Assembly: GCA_965140415.1 (NCBI GenBank)
Contig: OZ223209.1
Coordinates: 800,001 to 864,000, forward strand
From: Myxococcota bacterium
Lineage (GTDB): Bacteria > Myxococcota_A > SURF-8
Direction of reading: 5' to 3'
Length of the DNA: 64,000 nucleotides
The translations under genes and the position numbers were made by a program. The notes under the pieces were generated by a model. That model made no database searches. It had not been told where the DNA came from and saw nothing but the letters and a program-made list of their open reading frames with translations. Positions 48,501-55,770 of the stretch are shown here, in pieces. The first letter of the stretch is position 1, and each line of letters begins with the position of its first letter.

Positions 48501-50612
48501 CCGGAGTGCACCGATGAATCGCTGGGCGTGGTGAGTTGCGAGGAAAGCACGGGAGATAGTTGTTCCCAATGCGTTACGACCAATGCGGCTTACGAATGCA
48601 AAGCGCCTCGCTGTACCGTGGCGAATGTCGAAACCGACTGCGCTTGCCGCACCTGCCCGGAAGGCCGGGCGGTGATCTGTCTCGAAGATACCGGCGTATG
48701 CGCCTGTTCGGACCCCTGCGGTGGTGGTTGCGGGGATGGTTCCCAGTGCTGCACCGCCTTCAACCCGGAAGGCTCCTGTGTCGCCTGTACCGAATGGTGC
48801 GAAGGCGTGACCTGCCAGCCGGGATTCAGTGTCGGTTGCCCGGGTGGCAGCGATCAATGCGGAAACCCGGATGAATTCACACTGTGCGACAACTACAATC
48901 CGGATACCTGCGATTTCTCCGGTCCCGGAACGCCTGGTGATCCGTCCTGTTCCTGCATCGAGAATGAACCGCTGCCCTTCGGCTTCTACGGACGTTTCCT
49001 GGGCATGGATATCTTCAACGACGAAGAAATCTGGCTCTCCGCATACAACGAGACCTACGGCGATCTGATTTTCGGTCGCGCCAAGGTCAGCACGATTCCC
49101 CCGGCAGGCAGTGAAGACATCGACTGGTACTACCTTGACGGTGTACCGGATGTCGATCCCGATGCTGCTCCCAGTGGCCCGCGTGCGGGTATCTCCAAGA
49201 AGGGCGCGGATGTCGGCAAGTTCACCTCGATCAAGCTTTCCGCCGAGGGCTGGCCGCGCATCGCCTATCAGGATGCGGACAACGGTCACCTGGTTTTCGT
49301 GTATACAAACGGCGAGCAGGACATCCCGGTTGACGGCGATGCCGATACCACGGTGGACGGCGATGTCGTGACCGATGGCGATGTCGTGACCGATGGTGAT
49401 GTCGTAGCCGATGGCGATGCGGATGTAACCGGCGGTGGCGGCGGCTTCCGTGGTGATTCCGATACGGTAGTTGTCGACGGCGATGTGGTTACCGATGGCG
49501 ACGCCGAAGTGGTCGTCCCCGATGGCGATGAAGACGTTCAGGTTCCCGATGAATGGACGGACACCTTAGAAGCCGGTTCCTATACCTGGACCAAGATCGT
49601 GGTGGATCACGAAGGCGTGACCGGCCTGTACAATGAATTATGGCTGGATGCACAGGGTCGCCCGGTGATCGTGTACATGACCAAGTCACAAGAAGATGGC
49701 GAAGGCAACGAATGGTCCCATCTGAAGCTTGCCATGGCGCGCGTACCGAATCCGACGGGACCGGAAGACTTTAGCATTATCGTGCTCGACAGCGCGTTGG
49801 TTGGTCCTGAATTCTGCGAAGAAGACGTCCCCGATGGCGATGCTGCTGCACCGGCGGAATCCTCCTGCACCTTCATGGACAAAGTCACCTTCGGTACCGG
49901 TTTGAATCCGACCATCGCGATTCGTCCGACGACCGAGCAGCCCGACGGCCAGTTCGAAGTCTACTACTACCACAACACCAGCTACGACGGCGTGGACAAC
50001 GTCAAGCAGGGCAACCTGATGCGCGTCTGGGTGGATGGCGGTATGCCGAACTACGACACGTTGGCAACCGGCTGGCATAAGGAAGTCTTTGCGGGTACCG
50101 GCGATACGCTGGTAACGGGCGATGTCGGCCAGTTCAATTCCTTCGCCGTGATGCAAACGACAGGCTGGTGGCTGGTGAGTTTCTATAACGCCACCTTGAA
50201 CCAGCTCCAGTTCATCTACGATTTCGGCGCGGGTGCGCGGTTGTACACCGCCGATGACGGTTGGTATCAGGACGATCAGGGCGACTGGCACCAGGATTAT
50301 CTGGGTGCGGATTGCGCCACGGTCATTTCGCCCAACGGCGTGCGTGTCATTTACCAGAATCAGACTCGAACCAAAATGATGTATTATTCCGGTCTGTGCA
50401 CGGTAAACGGTTGCAGCGACTCGGATCATACTCCGATTATGGAGCAGTCTACCGGTGAATACGGAAAGAGCTTTGGCTACTATCCGAACCAGTATCTCAT
50501 CGGCGTGAAGTCGGTGGTGGCGTCCTACGTAGTGGATATGATGTTCGAAGATTCCGACGATTACAAACTCTACGTACGATTGAACACCGCGCCGCCTACC
50601 GTCAATCCCTAG
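45600..50612 (+). CDS. Giant secreted protein: BPI/LBP-like region, Ig-like domains, internal MYXO-CTERM, second lipoprotein signal, Cys-rich region, DGD repeats, beta-rich C-terminal region
   Basis: ATG after AAGGAGAGG; one uninterrupted ORF; motifs described in the findings. Confidence 0.85.
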   Translation: MHYLTPKRALMLTIAISLLAFKMISCDGGLDLGCGGEGDEEGPMRMLEWGEYPIEEKVNNLGQVRLTNNAFSFLEQNAASIIAAALGGELAFDIPEGELYDLWLIDCSYCPGDCHLQLEIASINVTPVEPDRLEVKVRLTAPAPARRIVIPTGGIGCLGCNAYISFLDDFGNHNPLEITVPISFQIDGASRMLNLVIGDPQFDLDSIDFGVENWLVCDIASSLIDLLKGIIAPFIADPISNAVTELVEGFKCVKCDEDNNNYCPDPFGQGFSCDTDTTICRRPDGFCLLQPLGIEMEVDIGSFLADFMPGVESKIWLSLMAGGRAEVKQGGVEIGMMGGTMVPPGSADPCTDEVNLRIDALPPIEVSNVNEHLNPPAPYHLSLAIHEVLLDQAGYTIQNSGLLCLTLDESIPDVGGFIGLANFALIMPSIKKLTHGANVATAIKLEPGDPIDFAIIDGPTAFPDVEGVPSGVDVALQVRIRDLKLNAYGLIDERFMRVFQLMLDADVTLGIDNQEAAIQIVFGLDNLVLKNMRIPYSVLGEDPIEMPDLIEGLIDGVLTGLGLEIDIEPFEIPGFDINSDDVNDLYIDIQSIVGEVPTSTPSEFAALNVYAELISANRDGERPAPEYVAETEASIRTSFLPTPFEFTEKGLRPRVELDLSGIDADGGSSHLEYQLALDQKRWTPYYATDNPVISVPRLYLQGKHTIYVRARDARFKRSGDPTPVALNFITDFTAPNLRMMQTGSQLRFVGSDNVSGTKDLSYRYRINDGAWSDWSMDNQLNLANIRKFPVEVTAQVRDEVGLSQTESRIYKSAGVSKKAERVTALPGTGTNASDGAGCSSSSQSGWLLPLLLLPLALLRRRTNWRGTVALLGVVGILSLSALGCSDSASGECLKNSDCPIGQQCVNEQCVPADDITDGDIEAPVGDVPDPDGDEESSIYCNLDEGIDCPKCYYCSRRSNVCVLQLCDPECTDESLGVVSCEESTGDSCSQCVTTNAAYECKAPRCTVANVETDCACRTCPEGRAVICLEDTGVCACSDPCGGGCGDGSQCCTAFNPEGSCVACTEWCEGVTCQPGFSVGCPGGSDQCGNPDEFTLCDNYNPDTCDFSGPGTPGDPSCSCIENEPLPFGFYGRFLGMDIFNDEEIWLSAYNETYGDLIFGRAKVSTIPPAGSEDIDWYYLDGVPDVDPDAAPSGPRAGISKKGADVGKFTSIKLSAEGWPRIAYQDADNGHLVFVYTNGEQDIPVDGDADTTVDGDVVTDGDVVTDGDVVADGDADVTGGGGGFRGDSDTVVVDGDVVTDGDAEVVVPDGDEDVQVPDEWTDTLEAGSYTWTKIVVDHEGVTGLYNELWLDAQGRPVIVYMTKSQEDGEGNEWSHLKLAMARVPNPTGPEDFSIIVLDSALVGPEFCEEDVPDGDAAAPAESSCTFMDKVTFGTGLNPTIAIRPTTEQPDGQFEVYYYHNTSYDGVDNVKQGNLMRVWVDGGMPNYDTLATGWHKEVFAGTGDTLVTGDVGQFNSFAVMQTTGWWLVSFYNATLNQLQFIYDFGAGARLYTADDGWYQDDQGDWHQDYLGADCATVISPNGVRVIYQNQTRTKMMYYSGLCTVNGCSDSDHTPIMEQSTGEYGKSFGYYPNQYLIGVKSVVASYVVDMMFEDSDDYKLYVRLNTAPPTVNP

Positions 50613-50640
50613 GCGTTTTTTAAAGCGCGTTCGTTTCTCT

Positions 50641-50669
50641 CCGGCGGGTGGTAACACCCGCCGGTTTTT
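50641..50669 (+). terminator. Rho-independent terminator
   Basis: ccggcgggtg-gtaa-cacccgccgg followed by ttttt, downstream of the giant gene. Confidence 0.85.
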
Positions 50670-50687
50670 CGTGGCGTGATGTTGAAT

Positions 50688-50789
50688 TAGAGTAGGCTTA
50701 TTGTTAGCCACGATTCGATGATATTGTGCCATAGTCTTACGCGATCGAAGATCGTGGAAGGCTGTGTGTCTTCAATAGGTTACACACGG
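50688..50789 (+). mobile_element. MITE family A, truncated copy
   Basis: Shares tgtgccatagtcttacgcgatcgaagatcgtggaaggctgtgtg with the other copies; ends at a REP. Confidence 0.75.
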
Positions 50790-50790
50790 T

Positions 50791-50882
50791 GGGTGGCATG
50801 GGCTAAGCGCAGCTTGCCCATGGGAAATGAATAAGATGAACACGGGCAAGCGTCGTTTCTCTTCGCTTCGTCCCTGCTACAC
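50791..50882. repeat. REP-like doublet (GGGTG class), degenerate
   Basis: gggtggcatgggctaagcgcagcttgcccatg...cacgggcaagc, homologous to 6846-6914. Confidence 0.7.
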
Positions 50883-50967
50883 GTAAGCTTATGTTTCACC
50901 GCTACAAGAAGACATCGCTAATCGCCAATAGAGTAGGTATTATTTGAAATGCGCAACTTTACAAACT

Positions 50968-51212
50968 CGTCATTCTGAGGTCTATAGCGGTTCTTAATCA
51001 TTTTTAGCCATTAATTTGAATAATGTGTGCCATAGTCTTACGCGATCGAAGATCGTGGAAGGCTGTGTGTTTTCTTGTAGTTACACACGGCCTCCCGGAA
51101 TCTCCATTCCGTGAGACCATGGCACATCGTGATTACTCGATGGACAGAAATGAGTAATACCTACTCTAGCCGAAGAATCTCGAATCGAACCTTCGTTGCA
51201 CTCTAGATGGCG
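50968..51212. repeat. CGTC-class REP-like element interrupted by a MITE
   Basis: cgtcattctgaggtc[TA..MITE..TA]gccgaagaatct...cttcgttgcactctagatggcg. Confidence 0.6.
50983..51168 (+). mobile_element. MITE family A, full copy (186 bp)
   Basis: TATAGCGGTTCTTAATCATTT ... AAATGAGTAATACCTACTCTA; the reconstructed empty site is CTAG. Confidence 0.85.
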
Positions 51213-51248
51213 ATGTGTTATTTTGAGCCAGATAGAAATAATGTTGGC

Positions 51249-51425
51249 TAGAATAACTCTTAATCATTTTTAGTCACGGATTCTATGATTTTGTGCCATA
51301 GTCTTACGCGATCGAAGATCGTGGAAGGCTGTGTGTCTTCAATATATTACGCACGGCCTCCCGGAATTTCCATTCCGTGAGACCATGGCACATCATGATT
51401 ACTAGATGGACAGAAATGACTAATA
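51249..51425 (+). mobile_element. MITE family A, near-full copy with diverged ends
   Basis: Same internal sequence; the right end diverges after aaatgactaata. Confidence 0.8.
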
Positions 51426-51485
51426 GAGAGTCTCCAGGCAACACGAAAACTTACTTGTAAGTAAAAATTCGGAGCGAATAAAATC

Positions 51486-51575
51486 ATGAATCTTTTTTTA
51501 CAGATCATCGCCGATACCGCGTTCATTTTTTCCGTTTACGCACTCTTCGTTTTGCTGCGTCATGATAAAAGCTGA
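51486..51575 (+). CDS. Possible 29-aa hydrophobic small protein
   Basis: MNLFLQIIADTAFIFSVYALFVLLRHDKS, with GGAG upstream. Confidence 0.3.
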   Translation: MNLFLQIIADTAFIFSVYALFVLLRHDKS

Positions 51576-51818
51576 CAATCATTGGGGTATTTCGGGACGT
51601 CGTCGCGGATGCCCTGTATTGCAAGCTGTTATAAAGTAACAATAATTCTATCCAATTTCTGCATACGCAAATAATCATCCATGAAATCAAACAGTTCCAC
51701 CACGATTCCGCCCTGCCGAAATAACATTTTTCCTTGACTCACCTGTCTAAATAAGTTACACAGGCGTCTGTGTTCATTCTCATTTCGCTCTTGTTGACAT
51801 CTGAAAAAGGTAAGTTGA

Positions 51819-52259
51819 ATGAAGCTGACAGCGCAAATTGAATATGCTTATTGGGCCCTGTTGGATATCGCAGAACGCTACGACCCCAACACCACCGTCA
51901 ACCTCAACGAGATTTCCAAACGAAACGGCATCCCGGAAAAATACCTGCTGCAAGTTATGCTGAAACTGAAAAAGCAGGGACTGGTTCGCTCGCGTCGCGG
52001 TAGCGGCGGCGGTTTCCAGTTGACAAAATCGCCGGACAAGATCGATCTGGCTGATGTCGTGCGCATTTTAGGCGGCGCTCAGCAGGAAATCCATACGGCT
52101 TTCAAAGGCAGTAGCAACGGCAAGCCCCCGCATCCCCGCTGTGCTTTCTTTGACATCTGGAAATCCGGTCACAACGCTTTCTTCAATGAATTGAAGGGCT
52201 TTGACTTGGAAACCCTGTTGAAGAAAGAAAAGCGCGCCAAAAGCCGCAAGCGGAAATAA
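51819..52259 (+). CDS. Rrf2-family transcriptional regulator
   Basis: MKLTAQIEYA, IPEKYLLQVM..LK..GLVRS.RGSGGGFQL; only one Cys. Confidence 0.92.
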   Translation: MKLTAQIEYAYWALLDIAERYDPNTTVNLNEISKRNGIPEKYLLQVMLKLKKQGLVRSRRGSGGGFQLTKSPDKIDLADVVRILGGAQQEIHTAFKGSSNGKPPHPRCAFFDIWKSGHNAFFNELKGFDLETLLKKEKRAKSRKRK

Positions 52260-52287
52260 TCCGTTTCCGTCCTTTCGCCTGTCTCGG

Positions 52288-52316
52288 TTGACAGGGTCGA
52301 TTTTTGGCCCTATCCT
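52288..52316 (+). promoter_or_regulatory. Sigma-70-type promoter
   Basis: TTGACA-N17-TATCCT, ending 6 nt before the ATG. Confidence 0.6.
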
Positions 52317-52322
52317 GACGTC

Positions 52323-53252
52323 ATGGCAATCATCAGTGCTTCCAGACGAACCGATCTCCCCGCTTCACACGGGGAGTGGTTCGTCCGGCGTTTGAAAGAC
52401 GGCTATTGCTGGGTGCGCCTCCCATACGGAGGCGCGACCCGGCGCGTCGATCTGCGCCCGCAAATGGTGGAAGCCTTTGTTTTCTGGACGAAAAATCCCA
52501 CTCCCTTTCTTCCCTATCTTTCCCGAATCGAAGATCTCGGGTATCGTAGTTTCGTTTTCCAGGTGACGTTGACCGGCCTGCCATCCTGGATGCAGCCGGG
52601 CGTTCCCGACGCCGAGAGCGTACTTGCCGGAATGCGAAAATTAGCCGAGCGCTATGGAGAACAGGCGCTGGTCTGGCGCTACGATCCTATTGTAATTACT
52701 AAGGAATTGACGCCAGGTAAGCATCTGAAGCGTTTCGAGTATTTCTGCGAACAGCTACAGGGAAGCACCAATGAAGTCATTACCAGCGTATTGGATCGTT
52801 ACGCAAAAACCGACCGCAACCTGATTCCCGAATTGACTCGACGCGGGGATGAACTGCCGGATGCGAAAAGCGAGCGAAGCCAGGAAGTAGAACATGAGCT
52901 ACTGCTGGAATTGTCCAGTATTTCCAAACGGTTCGGCATCAAATTGACGCTCTGCTGCGAGCCGGTTCACGTGGGTGCGCAGTTGGAAGCGGCTCATTGC
53001 GTGGACCCGGTGCGAATCGAGGCGATTTGCGGAAAGAAGTTGCAGGTTGCAAGCCATCCCACGCGCCCCGGCTGCGGCTGTTTTTCCTCAATCGATATCG
53101 GCAGTTACAATACCTGCCCGCATGGTTGCTTGTATTGTTATGCCAATGCTTCTCCGAAATCCGCGCGGCATAACGCCGCTCGCATCGACCCCGACAATCC
53201 CGCCCTCTGGCCGGAAGCGATTTCACCGCCCCAACCGGAGTTGTTCGATTGA
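52323..53252 (+). CDS. DUF1848-family protein (C-terminal CxxxCxxC)
   Basis: IISASRRTDLPA, VFWTKNP, WRYDPI, RPGCGC..SIDIGSYNTCPHGCLYCYAN. Confidence 0.92.
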   Translation: MAIISASRRTDLPASHGEWFVRRLKDGYCWVRLPYGGATRRVDLRPQMVEAFVFWTKNPTPFLPYLSRIEDLGYRSFVFQVTLTGLPSWMQPGVPDAESVLAGMRKLAERYGEQALVWRYDPIVITKELTPGKHLKRFEYFCEQLQGSTNEVITSVLDRYAKTDRNLIPELTRRGDELPDAKSERSQEVEHELLLELSSISKRFGIKLTLCCEPVHVGAQLEAAHCVDPVRIEAICGKKLQVASHPTRPGCGCFSSIDIGSYNTCPHGCLYCYANASPKSARHNAARIDPDNPALWPEAISPPQPELFD

Positions 53253-53271
53253 AAGCAGGGCGGCATGGCGA

Positions 53272-53458
53272 TAGAGTAGGTATTACTCATTTCTGTCCAT
53301 CGAGTAAACACGATGTGCCATGGTCTCACGGAATTGAAATTCCGGGAGGCCGTGTGTAACTACAAGAAAACACACAGCCTTCCACGATCTAGGATCGCGT
53401 AAGACTATGGCACAAAACTCACAGAATCTGTGGCTGAAAATGATTGAGAACCGGTATA
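53272..53458 (-). mobile_element. MITE family A, full copy in reverse orientation
   Basis: tagagtaggtattactcattt ... aaatgattgagaaccggtata. Confidence 0.85.
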
Positions 53459-53516
53459 ATTGCGGAACGGCATAGGTATATGATAATACAGGGCAAATGC
53501 CTATCCATCTTAAAAA

Positions 53517-53732
53517 TCCGACCGAAGACCACCACTAAATGACCGCAAAACGACCACTAGATGACCGTAAACGAGCAGTACTCCATTTGCGTATGCTGCT
53601 TGGTGATACCAACCGCTACGATGCGTAGCCTCATGATGTTTCATGTTGCCTCATGCTGCACTGTCGCTTACCTGTCATTTAGTGGTGGTTTAGTGTGCGT
53701 TTACCGGTCAAACAGGTGCGCTTACGGTCGGA
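53517..53732. repeat. 216-bp palindromic element with iterated end motifs
   Basis: tccgaccg(t)aag termini; accaccactaaatgac / gtcatttagtggtggt inverted pair; a GACCGTAARCG-like motif three times per arm. Confidence 0.6.
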
Positions 53733-53800
53733 GCAAAATCAGGGAAAGAATGGTTCCAGACAGGAGCCTTGAACCATCAAAGAGAGAAATCAATATCTGT

Positions 53801-53873
53801 GTAGGATGGGCATTTGCCATGCCCATCATATTAAAACGATTGGAGTGATGGGTAAAACAATTACCCATCCTAC
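53801..53873. repeat. GTAG-class REP doublet (GTAGGATGGG family)
   Basis: Inverted homolog of 35940-36012. Confidence 0.85.
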
Positions 53874-53899
53874 TTACTTGAAAAAGAGTGACAAAAACC

Positions 53900-53965
53900 G
53901 TAGGTCGGTCAGATTTTCTGACCGACAATCTAATCCATGTCGGACAAAAAATTTGTCCGACCTAC
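53900..53965. repeat. GTAG-class REP doublet (GTAGGTCGG family)
   Basis: gtaggtcggtcagattttctgaccgac ... gtcggacaaaaaatttgtccgacctac. Confidence 0.8.
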
Positions 53966-54044
53966 TAAAATATAATGCATCTGGTGAATGACCGACAATC
54001 CAATTCATGCCTACCCAATGGTTAAAATAAACCTCATAAAAAGG

Positions 54045-54066
54045 AAAAGCCCCGCCGAAGCGGGGC
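54045..54066 (-). terminator. Terminator of atpZBE
   Basis: gccccgc-cgaa-gcggggc, with a T tract on the minus strand. Confidence 0.75.
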
Positions 54067-54100
54067 CTCTCGAAATCAAGCAGCGTTGCCTGATCACCAA

Positions 54101-54433
54101 TTAGACGCTCACCTTGAAGGTCAACATGATGGTGATGACGAACGCATAAATGACCAGGGACTCGATCAGGGCGAGACCGATGATCATCGGGGTCAGGATC
54201 TTGCCGCTGGCTCCCGGATTACGAGCAATGCCTTCCAGCGCGGAGCTGGCAGCTTTGCCTTGACCGAGCGCGCCACCAAACGCCGCCAGGCCGATGCCCA
54301 GGCCGGCTGCCAGCGCGATGTACCCCATGGTCGAATCCGCTGCGGCGCCTTCCGAAGCGAAAGCCGAGAACGAGTACAGTAACGACACGATTCCCAACAA
54401 CACTGAAGCCAATAAACCTTTCTTCTGGAACAT
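54101..54433 (-). CDS. atpE: ATP synthase F0 subunit c with an N-terminal signal-like extension
   Basis: GALGQG, IARNP, LALIESLVIY; ATG after AAAGGAG. Confidence 0.95.
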   Translation of the reverse strand: MFQKKGLLASVLLGIVSLLYSFSAFASEGAAADSTMGYIALAAGLGIGLAAFGGALGQGKAASSALEGIARNPGASGKILTPMIIGLALIESLVIYAFVITIMLTFKVSV

Positions 54434-54500
54434 TCCAATTCTCCTTTCATCCACCATAATCAAGTATATCGAACCTAACAGAATCAAACTCGGTTTTAAT

Positions 54501-55235
54501 TTAGTGCTCGTGCGACTCCGCAAGCGCGATGTAGATCGTGGACAGCAGCGTAAAAACGAACGCCTGGATAAAGGCTACGAAAAGCCCCAACCCCACGAAG
54601 ATCATCGGAATCACAATATATGTCATGTCGGTAAAAATGCCCAACACCATATGGTCACCGGTGATGTTTCCTGCAAGACGCAAGGAAAGGCTGATCGGAC
54701 GAACCAGGTGGCCGATCAACTCGATGGGAATCATCAACCACGCCAGCCAGATCACCGGACCGGCAAACTGCTTCAGGTAGCCGATGCCGTGCGCGCGAAA
54801 ACCGGAGTAGTTGTAGTACACGAAAATGAAGACAGCTGCAGCCGCATTGGTCGCGACAGTCGAGGTCGGCGGCGGAAAGCCGGGAATCGACCCGATAAGA
54901 TTGGAGAAGAAAATAAAGATGAAGGTTCCCGCAAGCACCGGAACGTGTTTTTCGGCACCGTGGCCGATGGTGTCTTTTACCAGACCTTCAAGCTGTTCGA
55001 CCATGAATTCGAACAGAGCAATAATGCCGAAACGCCTTGGCGGAACCACCATGGCTTCCGGATTACTGTATTTTCTTTTAATCATAAAGGCGACTATCAG
55101 CAGGAACAGAAACACGATCGTAGCGGAAATCATGTGCTGGGCGGTACTCGTTTCGCCCAGAAAGCCGATATGTCGGAGCCATTCGTTTAACGGTTCATAG
55201 AACGGGAGCCAGCTATACCATGAGAAATGTTGCAT
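54501..55235 (-). CDS. atpB: ATP synthase F0 subunit a
   Basis: SNLIGSIPG, PIELIG, RPISLSLRLAGNI, QAFVFTLL; alternative start at 55274. Confidence 0.95.
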   Translation of the reverse strand: MQHFSWYSWLPFYEPLNEWLRHIGFLGETSTAQHMISATIVFLFLLIVAFMIKRKYSNPEAMVVPPRRFGIIALFEFMVEQLEGLVKDTIGHGAEKHVPVLAGTFIFIFFSNLIGSIPGFPPPTSTVATNAAAAVFIFVYYNYSGFRAHGIGYLKQFAGPVIWLAWLMIPIELIGHLVRPISLSLRLAGNITGDHMVLGIFTDMTYIVIPMIFVGLGLFVAFIQAFVFTLLSTIYIALAESHEH

Positions 55236-55291
55236 GTTTGCACCGTAAGCCGTTGGTTCCGAAGGGTGTTGCACCCATCGGGTGGCCTGCG

Positions 55292-55528
55292 CTACTTGTC
55301 GGAATTCTCCTGATCTTCATCCATCAAACGGATGATTCGGAGTATCCTCCAGAACACAGCCACCGTTGCCAAAAGAACGAGAGTTATCACGAATAAGGGA
55401 GCTGTACCAATCCACATGTCCAGCAAATACCCGAGAAACGCGGAAGTCCCTACCGCTCCGCCTACCTCGGCTCCGAGAGATAAAAACACGGCAGACTTAA
55501 CGAACTTCGACTGCCTTGTCTTTTTCAT
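55292..55528 (-). CDS. atpZ: AtpZ/AtpI-family protein
   Basis: Two TM segments, GYLLDMWIGTAP motif, upstream of atpB. Confidence 0.85.
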   Translation of the reverse strand: MKKTRQSKFVKSAVFLSLGAEVGGAVGTSAFLGYLLDMWIGTAPLFVITLVLLATVAVFWRILRIIRLMDEDQENSDK

Positions 55529-55571
55529 ATTGCCAGCACCTCGTTGGCTGAATACGGCTCCAGCGCTTTCG

Positions 55572-55600
55572 GTCCTACCATACTGGAAAGCAAGAGTCAA
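55572..55600 (-). promoter_or_regulatory. Candidate sigma-70 promoter of atpZBE
   Basis: TTGACT-N17-TAGGAC with an extended TG. Confidence 0.4.
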
Positions 55601-55770
55601 GCTTTAAGGAAAACTCAGGCCGCTTTCCCATAAAAAGGTTGAAAGGTTCTATATAATGGGTATGGATAAAAAGAGCACATTTGGCAAGGATGGAAAACCT
55701 TATTGATTTCAAACGAGTGCGGAAATCAGAACTCTCTAAAGCGTACCAGGACGGCAAAGAACAGGTTTTT

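Noticed and set aside
46014-50732. Long antisense ORFs (296-353 aa) opposite the giant gene
   Set aside because: Shadow ORFs caused by codon bias on the coding strand; no motifs
50688-51430. Possible CRISPR array (recurring ~45-bp sequence)
   Set aside because: The repeats are parts of 186-bp elements with TIRs, spacing is irregular, there are no unique spacers, and no cas genes are present
51819-52259. IscR/NsrR Fe-S sensor assignment
   Set aside because: Only one cysteine is present, so the three-Cys cluster motif is absent; left as generic Rrf2
53561-53991. ORFs of 61-95 aa between DUF1848 and atpE
   Set aside because: They run through palindromic repeats and REPs and show no protein-like features
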